From Bacteroidota bacterium (GTDB taxonomy: Bacteria > Bacteroidota > Bacteroidia > Bacteroidales > Prolixibacteraceae): DNA of 64,000 nt. Location of the stretch: NCBI GenBank assembly GCA_021849365.1, contig JAJZSZ010000001.1:29669-93668 (forward strand), written 5' to 3'. Both the position numbers and the translations under genes were made by a program. Every line of letters starts with the position of its first letter. The first letter of the stretch is position 1. The notes beneath the pieces are model-generated. The model had not been told where the DNA came from and made no database searches. It saw nothing but the letters and a program-made list of their open reading frames with translations. Shown piece after piece: positions 28,814 to 37,793 of this stretch.

Positions 28814-31144
28814 TCAAACTTTTTCAATAGTCACCATCCAGTAGTTTTCTACTTTTTTCTGATCCAGCACTTTGTGTCCTTCGCTTTTAATTGAACCTGG
28901 CACATTCTCAATGGGCTCACCGTCGTCGAGTAATATTTCCAAAATATCAGATGTTTTGAGTGTAGAAAGCGCAATCTTGGTTTTTACAAAATTCATTGGG
29001 CATGCAACTCCCCTGAAATCTTTTTTCAAGGTTGTCACCTGCTTTGATTGTTCTACTTCATTTGTATTTAATGCACTTTCTATCCCTTTGAATTGAAGGG
29101 AGTCGTCCATCCCTTCATACAAGCTGATTATTGCCTGGGCGAGGTCAAGAATGGTGTCTTTCTTTTCTGAAAAGTTGTAATTTCGGTCATCGCGGGCAAA
29201 TTCTACAATTTCCCGATAAACATTGCTAACCAACTTTGCATCAATAAATTTATCGATGAAATCATTGAAAACTTCCTTCGCATTTTTGGGTTCTGCCCCC
29301 CTGGTGATGAGCAGCATTCGCGAAGACGCAAAAACCAATGTGTAAAGTAGTTGGTTAATCGTTTCTCCATTGGGTTCATTCTCAATCTTTTCTTTTATAC
29401 CCAAAATGGTGTTCCAGTCAACATCAATCATATCGAAAAGTCCTGCAGAGCACTCACCAACACCTTTTGCCGCAAGCGAAAAGATTTGGTCGGCTCCCCA
29501 ATCAAAATAGTAGTTTTTATCATCGCGAAAATCCGGGATGTTCCTGTATTTACCTGCCAACTCGGCAATATCTGTTTTACCTTCCTCATGTACATACTCG
29601 CTGAAAGAGTCATATTTAGACTGCTTTTCCAGATAAACCCTAAATACATCAGCAGTGAATTTCGGCAAATCGAAGGCACTTATTTCGCCCACAAGTTCAG
29701 CCAGTTTTGGGTTGGCTCCAATTGAAGCACCGGCAACTACATGGTAAGCGGGGAACATGCGGTCGTTTCGTCCTACCTTTCCGTAGAATCCGAGATCAGC
29801 CGCTATTTGTTGCCCGCACGAATTTGGGCAGCCCGAAATATTTATCCGCAAATTACTTAGCTTATCAAGGGGCAGATCGCTTTTGCCGAGTTCTTTACGA
29901 AGGGCGGCGCTGGCTCCTTTCGACAAACAAATACCCAAACGGCAGGTGTCGGCGCCAGTACAAGCTACCACCGTGTTGAGCAACAAAGGCAGGTTTAAAT
30001 CAATGTCAACCCTGATTAAAAAGTTATACACATTGCCGAGATACTGCGTCGGAATATTTCGCAGATGGAGATTTTGGCGCATCGAAAGTCGGATTACATC
30101 ATCGCCAAAATGTGCCGCAAAATCGGACAGCTGCCCAAGTTTATCCGAGTTGATATTCCCGTTTTCAAAAGGAATAATAACCGAATTCAAGTCTGGTTGC
30201 CGCTGTTCAGAAACATATCGGTCTTTCCACTTTATAAATTCAGGCGTTGATACGGATTCAGGGACAAGTTTGTTTGACGGCTGGTTGAAATCAATTGCCT
30301 GATGCTGGTATGGAATATTTTCGGATTGCTTTATTTCATTATAGATTTCAAAAAACAGCCGAAAGACTTCGTCTTTGCCAAGTTTATAAAAAACATGCCG
30401 AAGCCGGGCTTTGTGTTTGTTTTTGCGGTTGCCGTAACGCGAGAACAGTTTTTTGACCGCATCGGTGATGTAATACAATTCTTCTTCCGGGGCAAAATCA
30501 AATAGTTCGTATCCAACCATAGGTTTCGATGCCAAAGAACCACCGATATAAACCTTAAAACCACGAATGCCATCTTTAACCCGTGCTACAAATCCCAAAT
30601 CATTAAATGCGGCATAACCGGTGTCTTCTTCTGAATTCGAAAAAGCTATTTTAAGCTTTCGGGGTAAAGTGAACGAATCTGGTTCTGCAATCAGTTTCGA
30701 GGTGAGGTTAAATGAATAAGGAGTAACATCGAACACTTCTCCGGGAGCAATTCCGCTGTCAATTGATGCCATGATGTTACGGACTGTATTTCCACCACCA
30801 CCTTTCGACGAAAGCCCTATTTCCTTCAGATTTTGCAAAATCAGCAAAGTCTCTTTCAGGTCAACATTCTGTATCTGTATTTCCTGACGGGTCGTTATAT
30901 GCAACAAGTCGGATTGATGCCTGCGCGCTATTTCGGTTACTTTTTTTAACTGCAATGGAGTTATAAAACCTGCGGCACAGCGGATTCGGACCATGTAAGT
31001 TCCATCCTTGCGCTGCTCATAAATTCCCATGGGTACGCGAATGGCTTTAAATTTTACGGGTTCGAGTTTCCCTTCCTGAAATTCGTCGATTAACGAACCA
31101 AAATACTTGATATCATCGGACAATGTTACTGGTAGTTTGTACAT
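28814..31144 (-). CDS. sir: siroheme sulfite reductase with C-terminal TusA-like domain
   Basis: HITTRQ, LPRKLK, ACTGADTC, SGCPNSCGQ; C-terminal DFRGVACPMNFVK. Confidence 0.9.
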   Translation of the reverse strand: MYKLPVTLSDDIKYFGSLIDEFQEGKLEPVKFKAIRVPMGIYEQRKDGTYMVRIRCAAGFITPLQLKKVTEIARRHQSDLLHITTRQEIQIQNVDLKETLLILQNLKEIGLSSKGGGGNTVRNIMASIDSGIAPGEVFDVTPYSFNLTSKLIAEPDSFTLPRKLKIAFSNSEEDTGYAAFNDLGFVARVKDGIRGFKVYIGGSLASKPMVGYELFDFAPEEELYYITDAVKKLFSRYGNRKNKHKARLRHVFYKLGKDEVFRLFFEIYNEIKQSENIPYQHQAIDFNQPSNKLVPESVSTPEFIKWKDRYVSEQRQPDLNSVIIPFENGNINSDKLGQLSDFAAHFGDDVIRLSMRQNLHLRNIPTQYLGNVYNFLIRVDIDLNLPLLLNTVVACTGADTCRLGICLSKGASAALRKELGKSDLPLDKLSNLRINISGCPNSCGQQIAADLGFYGKVGRNDRMFPAYHVVAGASIGANPKLAELVGEISAFDLPKFTADVFRVYLEKQSKYDSFSEYVHEEGKTDIAELAGKYRNIPDFRDDKNYYFDWGADQIFSLAAKGVGECSAGLFDMIDVDWNTILGIKEKIENEPNGETINQLLYTLVFASSRMLLITRGAEPKNAKEVFNDFIDKFIDAKLVSNVYREIVEFARDDRNYNFSEKKDTILDLAQAIISLYEGMDDSLQFKGIESALNTNEVEQSKQVTTLKKDFRGVACPMNFVKTKIALSTLKTSDILEILLDDGEPIENVPGSIKSEGHKVLDQKKVENYWMVTIEKV

Positions 31145-31177
31145 GATTTAAATGTTGTGAAACCTGAATGGTCTTTG

Positions 31178-31573
31178 TTAAACAATCACTATTTCTTCTT
31201 TTTCAACAATCGAATCCTTTATTTTAAAGGATCTTACATCAGCCTGATCACTTACAAGCGAAATAATGATATAACTTATTTCGGCGTCGTAAGCCAGTCG
31301 GATATCTTCTTCAGAAGGGCGGGCAGGCGTTTGTGGATGGCTATGGTAATTGGCCATTATCTGAAGCCCTTTATTGCGGGCATCCTTTACCGCCTGAAAT
31401 TGTTCGGATGGGTCGAACGAAAAATGTTCGGGGCTATGGTCAAGGTTCGTCAGCTGATAGCTGAATGTTATCACGCCATCGTTTCCGGCCAGATAACCGC
31501 ATGCTTCGTTGGGAAGCTCAAGCCGCGCATGTGCAACAATTTGATCTAAAACACTTTGCTTTATCAAAATCAT
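31178..31573 (-). CDS. JAB/MPN+ metalloprotease (Mec/HcyD-like)
   Basis: PNEACG and YHSHP...PSEED JAMM motif. Confidence 0.92.
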   Translation of the reverse strand: MILIKQSVLDQIVAHARLELPNEACGYLAGNDGVITFSYQLTNLDHSPEHFSFDPSEQFQAVKDARNKGLQIMANYHSHPQTPARPSEEDIRLAYDAEISYIIISLVSDQADVRSFKIKDSIVEKEEIVIV

Positions 31574-31794
31574 TTTTCAATTGTTATTTGGTGAACATTG
31601 TCCTTTACATGAATGGTTTCAAGGACTTTAAACCCTTGTTCCGATGCGCTTTTGGGAACATTTTCAAGCGGTTCGCCTTCGGTAAGCAAAACCACAAGCT
31701 GATCGCCGCTTTGAAGTTTTGAAAGTTCGATCTTCGTTTTTACAAAAGTCATCGGACAATGTTCTTTAGTAATATCTAACTGCTTTATAACCAT
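31570..31794 (-). CDS. TusA/SirA-family sulfurtransferase
   Basis: LDIT..HCPMTFVK. Confidence 0.9.
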   Translation of the reverse strand: MVIKQLDITKEHCPMTFVKTKIELSKLQSGDQLVVLLTEGEPLENVPKSASEQGFKVLETIHVKDNVHQITIEK

Positions 31795-31806
31795 GATTCT
31801 AAGATT

Positions 31807-32292
31807 TTAAATAAAAATACGGTCACCCCCTTCGGAATACTGAAGGAAACTGGCAACTCCGATAACATCCTTTATCTCCGGAATAAAATCGTCTTTTGTA
31901 ATTCCAAGAATGTGCATCGACATTTCGCAGGCATAGAGATTGACATTCAGCGCTATCGCAGCTTCAATCAATTCGCTAAGCGTTGCTACATTCCGCTTGC
32001 GCATCATGAATGTCATTAATTTTGGGCTCACACCAAAAAAGTTAAAGCGACTCAACGGAACGTTTTTAACCCCTCCCATAAGGAACCCAAAGGTCTTCGC
32101 TAGCGCACCTTTGCCGATAAAGCTCCGTCCTTTCTTCTTCTTTATGGCGTTTAAACCCCAGAATGTAAAAAAGATATTTACTTCATAATTCACTGCTGCC
32201 GAACCACTCGCCAGGGTAAATGCAGCAACTAACTTGTCGAAATCGCCGCTGAAACTGATAATCGAGAGTTTCTTTTTTTCCGAAGTATTCAT
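31807..32292 (-). CDS. DsrE2/DrsH-like sulfur carrier
   Basis: SGDFDK, IFFTFWGL, ACEMSM. Confidence 0.88.
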   Translation of the reverse strand: MNTSEKKKLSIISFSGDFDKLVAAFTLASGSAAVNYEVNIFFTFWGLNAIKKKKGRSFIGKGALAKTFGFLMGGVKNVPLSRFNFFGVSPKLMTFMMRKRNVATLSELIEAAIALNVNLYACEMSMHILGITKDDFIPEIKDVIGVASFLQYSEGGDRIFI

Positions 32293-32303
32293 ACTAAAGG
32301 TGA

Positions 32304-33107
32304 TTAATGTTTTAAATCGCAGGCTGGAAGATCATAGGTCTGCAAGCCGGTAATTGATGGATGTTCACCGCAAATAGGGCAGTTTTTGTTCTTCGTGAAC
32401 GAAATATTTCTGAAATCCATTGAAAGAGCGTTAAAAGTCAATATCCTGTTGGTTAGCAATTCGCCCTTGGTTACGAGAAATTTCAATACTTCCGTTGCCT
32501 GAATTGTTCCCAACATACCTGCTATAGAGCCCAAAACCCCAGCCTGTGAGCAGGTAGGAACCACATTGGGAGGCGGCGGGCCATCAAAAACGCAGCGATA
32601 ACATGCACTTCCGGGTATGTAAGTAAAAGTTTGACCTTCGAAACGCAGAATGCCACCATGCGAAAATGGTTTTTTAGCGAGAACGCAGGCATCATTGATG
32701 AGAAACTTGGTCGGAAAGTTGTCCGTTCCGTCAACAACAATGTCATATTCTTTAATAATGTCGAATATATTGTCGGTTGTCAACAAATCGAAATAAGTAA
32801 CCACCTTGACGTCGGGATTTAATTCTTCTATTTTTTCCTTAGCCGATAGAACTTTGGCTTTTCCTACATCAGGAGTGAAATGAATTACCTGACGCTGCAG
32901 ATTGGTTAAATCGACTACATCGCCGTCGATAATACCTATTGTGCCAACACCCGCGGCAGCAAGGTAAAGAGCAACAGGCGCGCCAAGTCCACCTGCACCG
33001 ACAATCAAAACTTTTCCTTCCGATATCTTAATTTGTCCTTCCACTCCAACATCCTGAAGAATGATGTGGCGGCTGTAACGTTCTATTTGTGATTCAGTAA
33101 AATCCAT
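32304..33107 (-). CDS. ThiF/MoeB E1-like adenylyltransferase (HcyF-like)
   Basis: RYSRHI, GAGGLG, NLQRQ, DGTDNF, CYRC, CPIC. Confidence 0.93.
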   Translation of the reverse strand: MDFTESQIERYSRHIILQDVGVEGQIKISEGKVLIVGAGGLGAPVALYLAAAGVGTIGIIDGDVVDLTNLQRQVIHFTPDVGKAKVLSAKEKIEELNPDVKVVTYFDLLTTDNIFDIIKEYDIVVDGTDNFPTKFLINDACVLAKKPFSHGGILRFEGQTFTYIPGSACYRCVFDGPPPPNVVPTCSQAGVLGSIAGMLGTIQATEVLKFLVTKGELLTNRILTFNALSMDFRNISFTKNKNCPICGEHPSITGLQTYDLPACDLKH

Positions 33108-33111
33108 ATTT

Positions 33112-34344
33112 TTATCTTAAAGCTGTTTCAATATCATTTTTTAAGTCTTCAAAATCTTCGATACCCACTGATAGGCGGATGAGCGTATCTGAAACGCCCA
33201 GCTCTTCTCTCTTTTCGCGTGGATAATCGCAGTAAATGGTTGACGCAGGGTGCATGATCAGCGAGCGGTTGTCGTAAATATTTGTAGCCCTGCTTATTAG
33301 TTTCAGTTTATTCAAAAAAGTAAAACATTCTTCCCGATCATTGAAATTAAACGTCAGCATAGCGCCGGGAAAACGTCCAAACTGGCTTTTACCTACTTCA
33401 TAAAAACCGGAAGTTTTCAATCCGGGATAGTTTACACTCTTTATTTTCGGCTCAGTTTGCAGATACTCAGCAAGCAACAGGCAATTAGACCCGGCCCTTT
33501 CGAACCGTAACGAAAGCGTTTCGAGTCCGAGACTTTGCAGGTAGGCGTGGTATGGAGATAAACAAGCGCCCAGGTTTCGAAAAACTTCTTTCCGTAGCTT
33601 GGCATTAAAAGTAAAAGGACCAAAACGTTGAGCGAGTTCACTAAACTTTTGAAATTTGGTCCAGTCGAACATGCCGTAATCAAGTATCAGTCCTCCCATT
33701 GATGTAGCGCCACCGGTTATCATTTTAGTACTTGAAATAACCTCGATATCAATACCATTTTGACCAGCGTTAAAAATATTGGGGGGCGTCAGCGTTGTGT
33801 CCGCAATTAAAACCAGGCCATGTTCATTGGCAACTTTCGAAAGTGCTTTTACATCAGCAATTTCGAGTTGCGGGTTGGTTATGGTTTCAAAATAAATAGC
33901 GATTGTTTTATCGTCGATTGCATTGGCAACCTCTTCAACGTTTGTCAGGTCACAAAACCGAGGTTCAACACCAAAAGCCTGCAAGGTTGACGTTAAAAAA
34001 GAGTAACTATTTCCAAACAAATGCTTAGATGTGACAATGTTATCTCCGGCCTGGGCAATTGTAAAGAAAACATTCGAAATGGCGGCCATTCCTGAACTTA
34101 ACGCCGTTACCCCAAGCGCCCCGGTAATTGAGCGAATACGCTGTTCAAAATTTTCAACAGTCGGATTCGAAATGCGCGAATAAGCATGGTCGGGAGAACG
34201 GCCAATAAAAGCATCTTCCATTTGCTCAGCCGTATCAAATTCGAAAGCCGCATTGCTGTATATCGGCATCTGTAAAGCATTGTGCACATCCTTTTTGGCG
34301 TATTCAGTATGAATTACCCTGGATGAAAAGCCTTTTATTTCCAT
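33112..34344 (-). CDS. metY: O-acetylhomoserine sulfhydrylase-family PLP enzyme
   Basis: YSRISNPTV, SSGMAAI, ETITNP, SSTK, HPAST, IRLSVGIED. Confidence 0.82.
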   Translation of the reverse strand: MEIKGFSSRVIHTEYAKKDVHNALQMPIYSNAAFEFDTAEQMEDAFIGRSPDHAYSRISNPTVENFEQRIRSITGALGVTALSSGMAAISNVFFTIAQAGDNIVTSKHLFGNSYSFLTSTLQAFGVEPRFCDLTNVEEVANAIDDKTIAIYFETITNPQLEIADVKALSKVANEHGLVLIADTTLTPPNIFNAGQNGIDIEVISSTKMITGGATSMGGLILDYGMFDWTKFQKFSELAQRFGPFTFNAKLRKEVFRNLGACLSPYHAYLQSLGLETLSLRFERAGSNCLLLAEYLQTEPKIKSVNYPGLKTSGFYEVGKSQFGRFPGAMLTFNFNDREECFTFLNKLKLISRATNIYDNRSLIMHPASTIYCDYPREKREELGVSDTLIRLSVGIEDFEDLKNDIETALR

Positions 34345-34354
34345 TTCTTAAATG

Positions 34355-34576
34355 TTACCGTTGTAAAAAACTTCCGCCTCCCATGAAAAAGAGGAAGTCA
34401 ACTTCGTCATTTTCTTGTACTATAGTTTCCTGATAGTCTTCACGTCTAACAAAAAAACCATTCAGTTGTACTGAAACCAGTTCAGGCTTGGTGACATTGT
34501 TCTGTTGTAATAATTCGATTAACCCAATCTGCGTACTGGGAATCTCTTGCGCTTTTCCGTTTACTTTGATTTTCAT
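34355..34576 (-). CDS. ThiS-like sulfur carrier (HcyS-like) with masked C-terminus
   Basis: beta-grasp pattern ending FMGGG-SFLQR. Confidence 0.9.
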   Translation of the reverse strand: MKIKVNGKAQEIPSTQIGLIELLQQNNVTKPELVSVQLNGFFVRREDYQETIVQENDEVDFLFFMGGGSFLQR

Positions 34577-34689
34577 TTTTCTGCGTTATTTTGGATGATG
34601 TTACAAAATTGGATATAATGGGTAGGTGCTGCAATACCACAAAAAGGGTATGTCGCCTACCAACATTAAGGTATGTCCCATATCTAAGC

Positions 34690-35127
34690 TTATCTTATCA
34701 GACTGAAGGACAATGGTGTAGGCGAAGCTAAATTGTCGTTGATCGGACAACGATTTTTAATGGACGAAACCCATTGTTCGATCAATTCTGCGGGGGCGTC
34801 GGTTACCGGAGAAAACTCCACATCGATTTGCTTAAATCCGGCACGTTCAGCATCAGATTGTCCAAAAAGCCTGGCTGGATTGATATTACCACTAATTGCG
34901 ATACTTAACTTCTTAACATTGATGCCAAGTTCCTGGGCTGTAAGGTGAGCGACAACGTTAATACATCCGGCATAACCAGCTAAAAGAAACTCTACAGGAT
35001 TAGCACCCAAATCATCGCCACCCAGCGCAGGAGGCTCATCAATTACAAGTTTAAATTGACGGGAATTGGCCTCAAAACGGGCTGCTGACTGCGCTTCACC
35101 TACTGTTTTAAAAATTAAATCTGCCAT
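34690..35127 (-). CDS. OsmC-family protein
   Basis: IDEPPALGG, NPVEFLL...GC, RCP. Confidence 0.9.
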   Translation of the reverse strand: MADLIFKTVGEAQSAARFEANSRQFKLVIDEPPALGGDDLGANPVEFLLAGYAGCINVVAHLTAQELGINVKKLSIAISGNINPARLFGQSDAERAGFKQIDVEFSPVTDAPAELIEQWVSSIKNRCPINDNLASPTPLSFSLIR

Positions 35128-35146
35128 AATAATTGTTGCTTTTGGT

Positions 35147-35181
35147 AAAAAAAAAGCCCTTCACAAATTTTGTGAAGGGCT
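35147..35181 (-). terminator. attenuator terminator in the operon leader
   Basis: 12-bp stem AGCCCTTCACAA/TTGTGAAGGGCT followed by a U-run on the minus strand, ~20 nt before the osmC start. Confidence 0.88.
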
Positions 35182-35213
35182 GTATCTTATTTGAAATTCT
35201 TTATCGTCAACTA

Positions 35214-35300
35214 CTAACAAAGCATAACGCCACCCTCCACACGCTTGAAAAGCATGCAGCAACACATACACATGATGCTATTGGAAAGTGATTTAATCAT
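35214..35300 (-). CDS. Met/Cys-rich leader peptide (28 aa, not in ORF track)
   Basis: MIKSLSNSIMCMCCCMLFKRVEGGVMLC, tandem TAG stops; lies between the promoter element and the terminator. Confidence 0.8.
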   Translation of the reverse strand: MIKSLSNSIMCMCCCMLFKRVEGGVMLC

Positions 35301-35342
35301 TCGATTCTGCTTTTTTTATTAATTCTGTTGTTTATCAATTGG

Positions 35343-35350
35343 CAAATCTA
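35343..35350 (-). promoter_or_regulatory. Bacteroidota -7 promoter element for the leader transcript
   Basis: TAGATTTG matches TAnnTTTG. Confidence 0.6.
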
Positions 35351-35434
35351 TTAATAAAAACCAAATACGATAACTTGACCCAGCTCTTTTTCGAGAAAGT
35401 GTACAAAAGTTAACGTTGAAACACTTTATTGGGC

Positions 35435-36016
35435 TTATTTTTTAGTCCCCTGAAACTCCATTACTGAACTATTGTTCTGTTGATTCATAAAGAAACGATA
35501 TCCGAAAGAGTTATTCATTTTGTTGAAACCTCCATAATGCATATCACCTGTGCTGTGTTCGCTTGTCATGTGGTTCTGCCAGGTTGTTCCGCTGCTAGTA
35601 CTCCCCATCATCCCACTGGATGTATTTCCACCCATCATTCCACCGGATGTTTGTCCCTGACCCATCATCCCTCCAGTTGAGTGCCCTTGACCCATCATGT
35701 GACCATAGGCGTTTTGAAAGTCACTCCCGGTAAGGCATACCATAACGCTATCCTTGTCATCGTAGTAATTAAGCATAAAAGTAGTATCAATACTTGCGCC
35801 ATAGCAATGAACCTGGATTAACCCTTCACTTTCCCCTGAAATGTCAGCCGTAGCAGTGTTCGTTGCTGTAATCGCTCCGCTGGCGCTTTTCGTTGTTAAA
35901 GTGCCTACATAACTACCTGCAATATTCTGTGGCTCGGAAAGCTCGTCCTTTTGACATGAAGCCAACATTGTAAAAGCCAACACTGCACAAAATCCGATGT
36001 TTCTTAATTGTTCCAT
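35435..36016 (-). CDS. lipoprotein with Met/Gly/His-rich region (copy 1)
   Basis: LASC lipobox; GHMMGQGH...GGMMG repeats. Confidence 0.8.
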   Translation of the reverse strand: MEQLRNIGFCAVLAFTMLASCQKDELSEPQNIAGSYVGTLTTKSASGAITATNTATADISGESEGLIQVHCYGASIDTTFMLNYYDDKDSVMVCLTGSDFQNAYGHMMGQGHSTGGMMGQGQTSGGMMGGNTSSGMMGSTSSGTTWQNHMTSEHSTGDMHYGGFNKMNNSFGYRFFMNQQNNSSVMEFQGTKK

Positions 36017-36043
36017 TTTTTTATTCGATTTTAATTATACACT

Positions 36044-36073
36044 TACTCCATACAACCGGAGGCAATCCCTACC
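36044..36073 (-). promoter_or_regulatory. candidate ECF promoter GGTAGGG-N15-ATGGAGTA (copy 1)
   Basis: same boxes and spacing at 40927 and 45100. Confidence 0.7.
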
Positions 36074-36114
36074 GTGAATTATCTTTTTTTACAAGCTATT
36101 TTTCGGCACATAAA

Positions 36115-36232
36115 CTACAACTGAACCTTCAAAAAAATGGTTGGAGAGAAAGGTAAAGCTCCGGAGTATATATATTTGCAAAATCAGATATTCCGGTTTC
36201 CACGCGTTTTAAATTGTCGTATTTTATATTTT
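36115..36232 (-). pseudogene. 3' fragment of the TonB-dependent receptor gene
   Basis: encodes YSGALPFSPTIFLKVQL as in 40999..43542; 2-nt insertion, no 5' part. Confidence 0.85.
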
Positions 36233-36259
36233 ATAATGGCAGCTAATAAAATAATTGGG

Positions 36260-36296
36260 TGCAAATTCCAGCCAAAGTGGGCACCAGATTCCACCC
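36260..36296 (+). mobile_element. possible relic IS21-family terminal sequence
   Basis: TGCAAATTCCAGCCAAAGTGGGCACCAGATTCCACC: TG start with repeated ATTCCA motif; no transposase. Confidence 0.4.
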
Positions 36297-36403
36297 TACC
36301 CACTGATAAAAACTGACATAGTTTGAATTTTCATTTAATAATTTGCTTAAATAAGAAAACTATTCATAACTTTGCTACGTTATAACTTCAAAACAGAAAA
36401 GAC

Positions 36404-36781
36404 ATGGACATTAATCAATCCTGTATCAGGCTATTTGCCGACAAAGTTCAGATAGACAACTGCCGAGAGACTTTACAAGCAAACAAAAAGGCATTTGGTC
36501 AATTGAGTGGTTTGTTGGCACTTGCTGGAAATGAAGTTCGACTTAAAATCTTGTTCTTGTTGGAAGAACAAAATGAACTCTGCCCTTGCGATTTATCAGA
36601 TATTTTAGGAATGAGTATTCCTGCCGTTTCACAACATCTGCGAAAGCTAAAGGACGGAAACACTATTGAAGGAAGAAGAGAAGGACAAACCATTTTCTAT
36701 TCCCTCAAACCAGAGCAACTGACTCTGCTTAGACCATTTTTTAAACATATAGTTAACATTTCGGAAAAGGAAACAGTATGA
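36404..36781 (+). CDS. ArsR-family regulator of the mer operon
   Basis: SCIR, ELCPCDL, AVSQHLRKL; upstream ATTTAA-N8-TTAAAT (36333-36352) and TAACTTTG. Confidence 0.88.
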   Translation: MDINQSCIRLFADKVQIDNCRETLQANKKAFGQLSGLLALAGNEVRLKILFLLEEQNELCPCDLSDILGMSIPAVSQHLRKLKDGNTIEGRREGQTIFYSLKPEQLTLLRPFFKHIVNISEKETV

Positions 36782-37383
36782 ACAAAAAAACAAACAGACT
36801 TGTCGGAGCAGGAGTGCTTTCGGCAGTGGCAGCTTCACTTTGCTGCATCACGCCAGTATTGGCATTAATTTCAGGAGCGTCAGGTGTAGCTTCCACTTTT
36901 TCGTGGATGGAACCAGCAAGACCTTATTTAATCGGTATCACCGTATTCGTTTTGGCCTTTGCTTGGTATCAAAAACTTAAACCACGAACTGCCGAAGAAA
37001 TCCAGTGCGACTGTGAAGAAGACGAGGAAAAGCCATTTATGCAGACCAAAACGTTTTTGGGAATCGTAACAATCTTTGCAACATTGATGCTGACATTTCC
37101 AAATTATGCACACATCTTCTACCCTCCCAACGACAAAAAGGAAGTTGTAATCTTGAACGAATTAGACATTCAACTGGTAACTTTTGATGTTAAAGGAATG
37201 ACTTGTAATAGTTGTGCATCACAGTTAGAAAATGACGTAAACAAATTATCAGGAATTATTTCGGTATATGCCAGTTACGAAGAAGCAACCGCCAAAGTAG
37301 AATTTGACCAAAGCAAAGTGAGTTTAACTCAAATTGAAGAAGCCATCAACGGAACAGGTTACAAAGTGGTGGGCAAGAAATAA
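36778..37383 (+). CDS. merTP: mercuric transport protein MerT-MerP fusion
   Basis: ASLCCITP in TM1, CDC loop, GMTCNSC. Confidence 0.9.
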   Translation: MNKKTNRLVGAGVLSAVAASLCCITPVLALISGASGVASTFSWMEPARPYLIGITVFVLAFAWYQKLKPRTAEEIQCDCEEDEEKPFMQTKTFLGIVTIFATLMLTFPNYAHIFYPPNDKKEVVILNELDIQLVTFDVKGMTCNSCASQLENDVNKLSGIISVYASYEEATAKVEFDQSKVSLTQIEEAINGTGYKVVGKK

Positions 37384-37427
37384 TTTTTTTTGCTCTTCAT
37401 ATTTAAGAACTTAATTAAATAATTACA

Positions 37428-37793
37428 ATGAAAAACATTCTCATCATTTCAGGCATATTCCTGCTTTTCTCAGGAAGCCAAATTTGCGGTTGTGGCAATA
37501 ATAGTTGCTCAGCTGCCAATACACAAACTTTATCAGCTAATCAAACTGTAAGCGAGCCTAAAACAGTAAAGCTAAAAATAACGGGAATGTCCTGTGCTGG
37601 TTGTTCCAATCATATTTCAACCGCTTTGAAAAATGTGGACGGTGTAATTGAACAATCCGTTGAATATCCAGGTGATTTAGCAACTATTACCTACGACCCA
37701 TCCAAAACGAATCCCGTAGCAATCATCAAAGTGATTGAAAAGACGGGCTACAAAGCGGAAATTATTAAAGAAAATCAAAAAATGAAATCGTAA
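37428..37793 (+). CDS. exported HMA-domain protein (MerP-like)
   Basis: signal-like N-terminus, GMSCAGC. Confidence 0.85.
   Translation: MKNILIISGIFLLFSGSQICGCGNNSCSAANTQTLSANQTVSEPKTVKLKITGMSCAGCSNHISTALKNVDGVIEQSVEYPGDLATITYDPSKTNPVAIIKVIEKTGYKAEIIKENQKMKS

Larger units (their letters stand above)
35342..36232. repeat. left copy of ~890-bp imperfect direct repeat
   Basis: collinear with 40225..41114 including intergenic DNA. Confidence 0.92.

Noticed and set aside
35128-35340. SAM riboswitch or T-box upstream of the metY operon
   Set aside because: No SAM or T-box consensus recognised by eye; the leader peptide and terminator explain the region (an Rfam scan would confirm)
35590-35710. 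Short repeats (CCCATCAT...) as a CRISPR or DNA repeat array
   Set aside because: They encode the GMMG peptide repeats of the lipoprotein; no spacers or cas genes
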